Shown here piece after piece: positions 51,021 through 60,632 of a DNA stretch of 64,000 nucleotides (within the stretch, counting starts at the first letter, position 1; every line of letters starts with the position of its first letter). Under the pieces are notes generated by a model. The model was not told where the DNA came from. It did no database searches and saw only the letters and a list, made by a program, of their open reading frames with translations. The position numbers and the translations under genes are program-made. This DNA comes from Azolla caroliniana (lineage: Eukaryota > Plantae > Polypodiophyta), in assembly GCA_043228905.1 (NCBI GenBank), contig JBHGNT010000017.1:12648001-12712000 (forward strand), given 5' to 3'.

Positions 51021-51818
51021 GTAAAAAAAATAGCGTGCACACTCAGTCTGTACATAGGATATGCTCAATGAGCACTTTTATACAAGTCCATACGGACCGA
51101 CAGAAGTACTGACACATACTTTAATGCTCATAACTGAGCTCTACACTTACTCCCAAAATATATTCCTACGCGGAATATCTTTCCAACGGCCTCGCAGTTT
51201 ATGCACCATTATGGCCTCTCGTTGCGTACTGGTTTGTGTAACAGTTTACGCACCCAGTTTACGCACCGATCCGGCCTAACCTATCGGTCCCAACCAATCC
51301 GGTTCTTGGCTTGTACAACCGATCCGGCCAATGTTGAGCTTGTATCTCAACACTCCCCCTCAAGCTTAACTTGAGGTTCCATCCACTCTTCCGGATAGTT
51401 CCTTCTAGCTTCACGCCTTGCTCGTGCTCCTCGACCTGTTCGATTCCGCGTGTCTCGACCCTTCCTGTCGACTTGCGTGCTCTTGTAGCCCTTCTCAGCT
51501 CCATTGATGTCACAGCGTTGGAGCTTCTTCTATTGCCTTCTCTTCCGCTTGGCTCTCAGTTGATTCGGCTTATCCAATTCCAACATCTGAACCGACTCGG
51601 CTTCCTCCGATTATTTTTCGCTTTCGTTCAAGTTGGTTGTCTCCAACTCGTCTTCTATCATCTCGCCCTTCATGGCTTCGTCTCCCCCACGCGTTGTTGG
51701 CTTCGGCTCTTTGTTTCGACTACTCCCCTTATATCCGCTTTTGGAATCTTCCGTGAATCCACCCTCGGCTTCTTTAGCCGATCCGAAATCGAATTCGTCA
51801 TCCGACTCGGCGTCGCAG
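51021..51818 (-). mobile_element. Family B copia 3' LTR fragment (to 51352), PPT and 3' extension
   Basis: Matches 19900-20217; CTCAACA followed by CTCCCCCTCAAG; ORF 51259..51513 contains LKLSLRGSVE. Confidence 0.8.
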
Positions 51819-53537
51819 TGTCGTGTGGTTTTTCACACACGATATGAAAACTATGTAAAAAAATAATGAAATAATTATTTTAGATTACATTAGTAGCTTG
51901 TTATAGAAAGATGGATGTACTCAAGAGCTTTAAAACGCATTTCACTACATACAAAATGGAAGCTATGAGAACATGAAGTTTGAGAACATAGGGAAAATAG
52001 AACTATGCTTTATCTCACATAGATAGGAAACTTAAGGCCCTGGCTATATAAGCACATTGAGATCCCTCATTTTTCATTTGTGCTAAGAGCCCTTTGGCCA
52101 CTTTTTCTAGATGGATGAATGTGGCCAAGTTACCAAAAAACCAAATCACAACCAGCCCCAAAATCGGAACCCGCCGGTAAGCAAAACCTGAACTGGCTGG
52201 TAAGCAAAATCGGAAATCGAACGGTAAGCAAACCGGAACCGGCGGCGGAGCCGGTGAGGCGGCGGCAATTGGCGACCGGACGGAACCGGCGACCAGACGA
52301 AGCTAGACGCAAACTGAACGGATAACAGGATCATGTGGCTAATTAAAGTGAAGTGAAGAAAACTAAAGTAAAGGTCATGTGGACGGTCACATGCAACTAA
52401 AAATAGATGCAACGAAAAGAAAAAGCTATACAACTAAAAGTAGAGGCCATGCCACAAGTGGAAAGGCTATGATCAACGGAGAACTCCATATATATTCCAT
52501 TTTTTTCCTACACTCATTCTCTCTCCATTTTTTATTTTATTTTCCTTCTTAGCTCCCTTATCTTATCTAAACCAGAACCCTCATAAACCCTAATTTCCCT
52601 ACAGAAGCCATTAACCCTAAATTTCCTTATGACATATTGTAATTTCTAAATCTTCCAAATCCCAATCTTAGGACATATTGTAATTTCTTTTCCTTTGTTA
52701 ATGAAAATTATTAAATTTTCTCCTTTTTCTTAATTCTTAAAAGTGTAAACGCACGAATTTGATATCCTCTAGTCGGAGGCCCCGAGGTCCTGCCTCAAGT
52801 TCACGTATGCTCGTCGTAATTTCGCGAAACCTTTGGTGAACCCGACGTGAAATGAGGCAGCAGGAGGATATCTCATGGAGGCATATAGATACAAAGAACC
52901 AAAGAGATGAAAACTATATGAGTTCGACCAATGGGTATCATCCTTAAAGACCCACCAAAGTGCCATGCATGCTTTCGTTGAGTTCGAGTGTCGCTTTGCA
53001 CAACTCTCAGAGCGGGATCAAAGATTGGTGGGGGTGGAAAAAGTCCTTATATTTGTGAAGTCAATCGATTGGAAGGAAAGGAAGGCCATTGAATTCCGTC
53101 TTGAGGATGATGATGGTGCAAATGGCCTCACCGAAGATTGGAATAAGGTGGAAAGAGTATGTCAACTACACAATAAGAGGAAGACAATATTCTCATCGAC
53201 AACAACACACCGCATGATGGATGGTGAAAGGAGGATAGGAAGCAACAACAAACTACCAACAACAATATTCGTCATCCGACTCGGCGTCGCAGTGTCGTGT
53301 GGTTTTTCACAAACGATATGAAAACTATGTAAAAAAATAATGAAATAATTATTTTAGATTAGATTAGTAGCTTGTTATAGAAAGATGGATGTACTCAAGA
53401 GCTTTAAAACGCATTTCACTACATACAAAATGGAAGTTATGAGAACATGAAGTTTGAGAAGATAGGGAAAATAGAACTATGATTTATCCCACATAGATAG
53501 GAAACTTAAGGCCCTGGCTATATAAGCACATTGAGAT
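51819..53537 (+). mobile_element. Decayed Trp-primed clade D relative: LTR 51819 to about 52829, PBS 52834-52851, gag-like remnant, duplicated LTR start at 53293
   Basis: PBS TGGTGAACCCGACGTGAA. ORF 52965..53321 (AFVEFECRFAQLSE..VKSIDWKER..GANGLTEDW). 51793-52063 is duplicated at 53267-53537. Confidence 0.8.
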
Positions 53538-53829
53538 TGTTACCTGGCCGGCAAAGGAGTTAAAGACCCGAATGTGAAAGGGATGGGTTATTCAGAATAG
53601 ATTATAATTAAGTAGTTTATGAGACGTGAACGGATGGACCGGAATCGGTATGCCAATCCAGATCCGGACCGGTTCCGAACAGGTGTCGGTTGGCACCGTT
53701 TTGTACTTAGCACCGGTGACCTATATAAAGGCCCGATTACAATGTAAAACTTGACGGATAATTAATAGAGCTTCTTGTTTTATCTTTAAGTATTGATTAT
53801 CGTTCTATATTAATTGTTCTATCATACGC
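53538..53829 (+). repeat. Unclassified LTR-like fragment into which the D array is inserted
   Basis: Begins TGTT exactly where the duplication ends and contains CCTATATAAAGG. No second copy in the window. Confidence 0.35.
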
Positions 53830-53942
53830 TGTCGTAGTGTATTTCGTACACTACGTGAAAAAGTAAAAATAATATAACCGATTTAATTACATATAAATAA
53901 ATAAAATAATATATCAAGATATTTATCACGTGCATAGGGCAA

Positions 53943-53995
53943 GATTCGAACCTTGTACCTCCACGTAGCCAAACCTCAACTTTACCATTATGCTA
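53943..53995 (-). promoter_or_regulatory. tRNA-like Pol III internal promoter (A box and B box), antisense within LTR U3; representative copy
   Basis: Minus strand TAGCATAATGG ... GGTTCGAATC with starts 43 nt apart. Equivalent modules occur in other LTR types (see findings). Function untested. Confidence 0.6.
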
Positions 53996-54536
53996 CCTTA
54001 TCTTTAGTGTTCTATAAATAGATTTAATAACTATAACTGCTTTATTTGCGCCTACCTTTATTAAAAGGTAAATCGTGCATTTTTAGAGTGCGTGAATATT
54101 TTATAGAAAAACGCAAGCAACTAAAAAGTGACTCATGCACATCTAGCGTGCATGAGCACTATATTTAGCAAATAAAAGCAAGGATTAGAAAAGCATCACA
54201 TGCACATTTAGTGTGCATGAACATATTAGAAAAAAAAGCATGTAGCTATGCTTAGTCTCTCCCATCACTACATAAGGATGGTGAGCACAATGTAATAGGC
54301 GTGTGAAATATTTGGAAATTTGATATATTTCCGAAAACACCAACCGATTAATATAATCGTGGGATTCACGAAAATAATATAATCTATACTCGTGGGATTC
54401 ACGAAATTTCTATCTCTCTTTCTAATAATCTATTCATTACTAGCCTCATCTCATATTCTTCTTTCTCCTAGTCCAAAACCTCGGCGGTTCCCACCAGACT
54501 CACGCAACGATCCGGAGCCGAAAGGCACGACACAGT

Positions 54537-54554
54537 TGGTGAACCCGACGTGAA
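54537..54554 (+). promoter_or_regulatory. Primer-binding site complementary to the 3' end of tRNA-Trp
   Basis: TGGTGAACCCGACGTGAA is the reverse complement of ...TTCACGTCGGGTTCACCA, the 3' end of plant cytosolic tRNA-Trp as I recall it. Also at 52834-52851, 63400-63417 and, with 1 mismatch, 1328-1345. Confidence 0.85.
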
Positions 54555-54570
54555 GACGGGTGGCAAGGAG

Positions 54571-56382
54571 ATGGAGAATCAACAAGAGGCGATGAACATG
54601 ATGATGATAATGTTTGAGCGGATGCAACAAGAACAACGTGCGATGTCGGAGATGAAGGCGGCAGTAGAGCGGCTTCTGCGACGAAACGGGGAATTCAACG
54701 GTAAGGGTGTGTCACGCTACCTACGTGAATATAAGGCGGAGATGATGCAATATCGGATACCGGAAGGATTGCAAGTGACATCCTTCAATCGGGTAGCCAC
54801 GGATGAGCTACAAGAGAGAATCCACAAGATACGGCAACAAAACTCGACATGGGGGTCATTCGAAGAAGCTTTACGAGAGGCATATGATTACAAGAGATCA
54901 AAGGGACAAGATCGGCGAAAATTCGACGAATGGGTGGCATCGGAGAAGACCCACCGAAGTGCAACACAAGCATTCCTAGAGTTCGAGCATCGTTTTGCGC
55001 GACTCTCGGAGCAAGAACAAAGATTGGTGGGGGAGGACAAAGTCCTAATGTTCGTAAGATCGATTGATCGGAAAGAAAGGAAGGACATCGGGATCGAACT
55101 CGAAGACGATGAAGGTACGAATGGTCTTACCGAAGATTGGGCCGAAGTCCAAAGGGTATGCCGGAGACATGATGAGAGGAAGATGAGAATCTTGTCAACG
55201 ACATGGCCGATGAAGGATGGTCGATTGAAGACAAACGATGGAGCCGATATGAAGGCCGAAATACAACATGATGGTGCGATGGAAGAGGGTGTAAAACAAG
55301 CTACCCTCTTGTCTTGCGAAAGAACGACGGCGAAGGATAAGGCCGATAACCCAAGTGTAGAAGAAGATTTCGGAATACAAGTGTCCGAAACATCAGGTGA
55401 AAAAGGGGTAAGCATAATTGATGTTTCCATAATTGATGCAGTGAAAGAGAGCAAGGAGGACTTGATTGAGGAGGTCACAAAGAAAGATGACATCGAATCG
55501 AAGGTGGCTATGGACGAATCAATGGCGGATGGCCATATCGAGATTTCTCCACCGCTGATTCTAGAGACTCCGGCGGTTGCGTTCGAAAGGCAACGTGAGA
55601 CCGAAGAGACGGAAGGTGGCGGAGAGAAAACAAAGGTCGAAGTCGATGCATACGACGGAGAGATAGCCGAGAATATGGCTATGGGTGAAACAATGGAGGA
55701 TGATAATACCGAGGATTCCTACCCACTAATTCTAGAGACTTCGGCGGTTGTGTCCGAGAACCAACGTGAGACCGGAGAGACGGGAGGTGGCAGCAAGAAA
55801 GGTAAAGTCGGAAGCCGGTTCGGATGGAAGGTGATCCGGACGGGATTCCGATCCGAAAGAAAGCCGAACCGGGTAAAAGAGGATTCGACTGAAAGACGAT
55901 ACAAACGAAAGCCGAACCGGGCAAATGAGGATTCAGCCGAAAGACGACCCGAAAGAAAGCCGACCCGAAAAGGGGTCGACTCGGTCAAAACCGATCGACT
56001 GAGTCTGACTTGGCCGAACGCGAATATGGATGGAGGCCGACCTAGCCGAAAGCCGATCGGACGAAACCGATCCGAAAAGAAGCTAATCCGACTCAACCGG
56101 AGGTTGGACCGGTCGAGGCTGGTGAAAACGAGGAAAAGAAAGCCAACCGAAACCAAAACCGATAGATCGAAACCGGGCCGGAAAGAGACCGACTCAATCG
56201 AAACCGAACAACCGATTCCGATTCGGCCGAATACGAATCCGATCGGAAGCCGATCAAACCGAAAGTCGATCGGACGAGAGCGATCCGGAAAAAAGTCAAG
56301 GTTGATGAAGACAAGAAAGAGGCCAGTAAAAGACACTACCACGAATGACAAGGGCCAAGAATATGACGAGAGAGAACAATGA
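54571..56382 (+). CDS. Gag-like protein (603 aa): capsid-like N-terminus, acidic middle, Arg/Lys-rich tail
   Basis: First ATG 16 nt after the PBS. FNGKGVSRYLREY..W..F...L pattern resembles retrotransposon Gag. No CCHC, protease, RT or INT motif. The stop is AGA in sister copies, so it is probably premature. Confidence 0.75.
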   Translation: MENQQEAMNMMMIMFERMQQEQRAMSEMKAAVERLLRRNGEFNGKGVSRYLREYKAEMMQYRIPEGLQVTSFNRVATDELQERIHKIRQQNSTWGSFEEALREAYDYKRSKGQDRRKFDEWVASEKTHRSATQAFLEFEHRFARLSEQEQRLVGEDKVLMFVRSIDRKERKDIGIELEDDEGTNGLTEDWAEVQRVCRRHDERKMRILSTTWPMKDGRLKTNDGADMKAEIQHDGAMEEGVKQATLLSCERTTAKDKADNPSVEEDFGIQVSETSGEKGVSIIDVSIIDAVKESKEDLIEEVTKKDDIESKVAMDESMADGHIEISPPLILETPAVAFERQRETEETEGGGEKTKVEVDAYDGEIAENMAMGETMEDDNTEDSYPLILETSAVVSENQRETGETGGGSKKGKVGSRFGWKVIRTGFRSERKPNRVKEDSTERRYKRKPNRANEDSAERRPERKPTRKGVDSVKTDRLSLTWPNANMDGGRPSRKPIGRNRSEKKLIRLNRRLDRSRLVKTRKRKPTETKTDRSKPGRKETDSIETEQPIPIRPNTNPIGSRSNRKSIGRERSGKKSRLMKTRKRPVKDTTTNDKGQEYDEREQ

Positions 56383-57250
56383 ATATGGTGGATCGGATGG
56401 CGACAATGGTTCGGGTGGAAAGAATGGGTCTACTCAAAATGGAGAGACAAAGTTGACATAGAGGGATAAACGGAGGATGAAGGGGAGACAACGAGCATCG
56501 GCAACTTCGGCACATACCGGAGGATGTGCGGGTTCGGAGGGGGCGAGTGTCGTAGTGTATTTCGTACACTACATGAAAAAGTAAAAATAATATAACCGAT
56601 TTAATTACATATAAATAAATAAAATAATATATCAAGATATTTATCACGTGCATAGGGCAAGATTCGAACCTTGTACCTCCACGTAGCCAAACCTCAACTT
56701 TACCATTATGCTACCTTATCTTTAGTGTTCTATAAATAGATTTAATAACTATAACTGCTTTATTTGCGCCTACCTTTATTAAAAGGTAAATCGTGCATTT
56801 TTAGAGTGCGTGAATATTTTATAGAAAAACGCAAGCAACTAAAAAGTGACTCATGCACATCTAGCGTGCATGAGCACTATATTTAGCAAATAAAAGCAAG
56901 GATTAGAAAAGCATCACATGCACATTTAGTGTGCATGAACATATTAGAAAAAAAAGCATGTAGCTATGCTTAGTCTCTCCCATCACTACATAAGGATGGG
57001 GAGCACAATGTAATAGGCGTGTGAAATATTTGGAAATTGGATATATTTCCGAAAACACCAACCGATTAATATAATCGTGGGATTCACGAAAATAATATAA
57101 TCTATACTCGTGGGATTCACGAAATTTCTATCTCTCTTTCTAATAATCTATTCATTACTAGCCTCGTCTCATATTCTTCTTTCTCCTAGTCCAAAACCTC
57201 GGCGGTTCCCACCCGACTCACGCAACGATCCGGAGCCGAAAGGCACGACA

Positions 57251-59797
57251 CAGTTAAGCAATCCTTCCGGTCCGGGTGGCCACGGATGAGCTACAAGAGA
57301 GAATCCACAAGATACAGCAACAAAACTCGACATGGGTCATTCGAAGAAGCTTTACGAGAGGCATATGATTACAAGAGATCGAAGGGAAAAGATCGGCGAG
57401 AATTCGACGAATGGGTGGCATCGGAGAAGACCCACCGAAGTGCAACACAAGCATTCCTAGAGTTCGAGCATCGTTTTGCTCGACTCTCGGAGCGGGAACA
57501 ACGATTGGTGGGAGAGGATAAAGTCCTAATGTTCGTAAAATCGATTGATCGAAAAGAAAGGATGGACATCGGGATCGAACTCGAAGACGATGAAGGTACG
57601 AATGGTCTTACCGAAGATTGGGCCGAAGTCCAAAGGGTATGCCGGAGACATGATGAGAGGAAGATGAGAATCTTGTCAACGACATGGCCGATGAAGGATG
57701 GTCGATTGAAGACAAACGATGGAGCCGATATGAAGGCCGAAATACAACATGATGGTGCGACAGAAGAGGGTGTGGAACAAGACACCCACTCGTCTTGTGA
57801 AAGAACGATGGCGAAGGATAAGGCCGATAATTCAAGTGTAGAAGAAGATTTCGGGATACAAGTGCCCGAGACATCGGGTCAAAAAGGGGTAAGCATAATA
57901 GATGTTTGCATAATTGATGCAGATAAAGAGTGTGAAGCGGATGTGATTAAGGAGGTAGCCACAAAAGACGAAATCGAATCGGAGGTGGCTATGGACGAAT
58001 CAATGGCGGATTGCCATATCGAGACTTCCCCACCACTGATTCCAGAGACTCCGGTGGTTGCGATCGAAAGGCAACGTGAGACCGAAGAGACGGAAGGTGG
58101 CGGAGAGAAAACGAATGTCGAAGCCGACGAATACGATGAAGAGATAGCCGAGAAGAATGCTAAGGGTGAAACTACGAAAGAAGGTAATACCGAGGATTCA
58201 TGCCAACAATATCTAGAGACTTCGGCGGTTGTGTCCGAGAACCAACGTGAGACCGGAGAGACGGGAGATGGCGGCGAGGAAGGTAAAGTCGGAAGTCGGT
58301 TCGGATGGAAAATGATTCATCCGAAATTCCAATCTAAAAGAAAGTGCGACAATGCGGAGGTCGGGTCTACGACGGGAGAAGCGCGTAATACAGAGCACGC
58401 TCTATGGCGAATAAAGAAACGCGTGTTATGGCGAATAAAGAAGCACGCGCTACGGCGAGAAAAGAAGCATGCATTACAACCACACGAGGACCGAACAACG
58501 AGCACATATCGGAGGACCTACGTAGCGAACAACGGAAAGAAGTGCCGAAAGTCGAACCGGACAAGGCAGGTGAAAACGAAGAAAAGAAAACAAATCCGGA
58601 CGAAAAGAAAAGAAAAGAAACAGACCCGAAAGAGCACTGAATCGGTAAAAACCGATCAACCGAGTCCGGATCGACCGAATACAAATCGGAAAGGAAGCCG
58701 AACTAAACGAAAGACGATCCGACGAGACCGAATCGGAAGTAAGCTAATCCGACTAAACCGAAAATCCGAAAAGAAGTCGAGATTGATGAAGAAAAGAAAG
58801 AGGGCAAGAAAAGATACTACCGCGGATGACAAGGACCAAGCGGGCCATGCAAAAAGCGAACGAAGACTATGGTGGATCGGATGTCGACAATGGTTCGGGT
58901 GGAAAGAATGGATGTGCTCCAAATGGAGAGACAAAGTCAACATAACAAGAGAAGTCGAGGGTACTACGAGCCGGCAACGAAACCAATCGGGTAGAGACCG
59001 GACGGAGGAGACTAACAAACACCAACAACTTCGGCACATACCGGAGGATGTGCGGGTTTGGAGGGGGTGAGTGTCGTAGTGTATTTTGTACACTACGTGA
59101 AAAACGTATATAGTATTAGATTCAATAAAAAATGAAGAAATAGAAGAAAATAGCAAAATAAATGGAACATGCATAGGGCAAGATTCGAACCTTGCACCTC
59201 CATGTTAATAATGTAATGTCTTACCATTACACTAGCATTTCATTAGTGTTAAAGCATAGATGTCCCACATAGAAAGGTAAATTCACGCTAGGATAAACAT
59301 TAGAAAAACGCATAACAAAAGAAAAAGCTACACATACACATCTAGCGTGCATGATAAAAAACGCACAAGTTAGAAAAAGCATGATCACTTTAGATAAAGC
59401 ATATAGTCTATCTATAGGAAAAGCATGGGGTGTATAGTTAGAGAAAAAGCATGGATTACTAAGACTTCCTCATCACTACATAAGGATGGGAAGCACAATG
59501 TAATTGGGTGTGAAATACTTGGAAACTGGATATGTTTCTAAAAAACACCAATTAATAAACTATACTCGTGGGATTCACGAGGATTCTATATCATTCTCTT
59601 TCAACCGAAGTTTATATTCTTATATTCATATTGATTAATCTAATACAATACACTCGTGGGATTCACGAGTTTGCTATAACTCTTTCTTACAACATATTTA
59701 AATTCGTATTAGCCTTAAAACTCTCTTCTTCCTAGTCCAAAACCCCAGTGGTTCCCACCCGACTCACGCAAACGATCCGGAGCCGAAAGGCGCGACA
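57251..59797 (+). mobile_element. Second array unit D2: 5'-truncated Gag-like ORF (57286..59070) and type-b LTR 59072-59797
   Basis: The ORF is homologous to D1 from the ATDELQ region onward but has a different basic region. PPT GGAGGGGGTGAG. The LTR has the same termini as LTR1/2 but a diverged interior. Confidence 0.9.
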
Positions 59798-60568
59798 CAG
59801 TTGGTGAACCGGAGGATGTGCGGGTTTGGAGGGGGTGAGTGTCGTAGTGTATTTTGTACACTACGTGAAAAACGTATATAGTATTAGATTCAATAAAAAA
59901 ATGAAGAAATAGAAGAAAATAGCAAAATAAATGGAACATGCATAGGGCAAGATTCGAACCTTACACCTCCATGTTAATAATGTAATGTCTTACCATTACA
60001 CTAGCATTTCATTAGTGTTAAAGCATAGATGTCCCACATAGAAAGGTAAATTCACGCTAGGATAAACATTAGAAAAACGCATAACAAAAGAAAAAGCTAC
60101 ACATACACATCTAGCGTGCATGATAAAAAACGCACAAGTTAGAAAAAAGCATGATCACTTTAGATAAAGCATATAGTCTATCTATAGGAAAAGCATGGGG
60201 TCTATAGTTAGAGAAAAAGCATGGATTACTAAGACTTCCTCATCACTACATAAGGATGGGGAGCACAATGTAATTGTGTGTGAAAAATATTTGGAAACTA
60301 GATATGTTTCTAAAAAACACCAATTAATAAACTATACTCGTGGGATTCACGAGAATTCTATATCATTCTCTTTCAACCGAAGTTTATATTCTTATATTCA
60401 TATTGATTAATCTAATACAATACACTCGTGGGATTCACGAGTTTGCTATAACTCTTTCTTACAACATATTTATATTCTTATTAGCCTTAAAACTCTCCTC
60501 TTCCTAGTCCAAAACCCCAGCGGTTCCCACCCGACTCACGCAACGATCCGGAGCCGAAAGGCACGACA
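59798..60568 (+). mobile_element. 42-bp PBS-PPT spacer plus a second type-b LTR (59840-60568)
   Basis: CAGTTGGTGAACC fused to GGAGGATGTGCGGGTTTGGAGGGGGTGAG; the LTR is nearly identical to 59072-59797. Confidence 0.92.
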
Positions 60569-60632
60569 CAGTTGGACCAACTGTGTCGTGCCTTTCGGCT
60601 CCGGATCGTTGCGTGAGTCGGGTGGGAACCGC
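60520..60632. repeat. Perfect palindrome with 56-bp arms and a 1-nt centre (60576) at a tail-to-tail LTR junction
   Basis: ...GCACGACACAGTTGG A CCAACTGTGTCGTGC... Confidence 0.97.

Larger units (their letters stand above)
53830..57250 (+). mobile_element. Gag-only LTR element D1: 703-bp LTRs 53830-54532 and 56548-57250, tRNA-Trp PBS, PPT, no pol
   Basis: TGTCGT...ACGACA LTRs differing at about 5 positions by eye. PBS at 54537-54554. PPT GGAGGGGGCGAG before 56548. Confidence 0.95.

Noticed and set aside
55719-56351. Antisense F/R/S-rich ORFs in D elements (also 61567..62247) as env-like or membrane proteins
   Set aside because: They mirror the purine-rich low-complexity sense strand; no independent evidence of coding.
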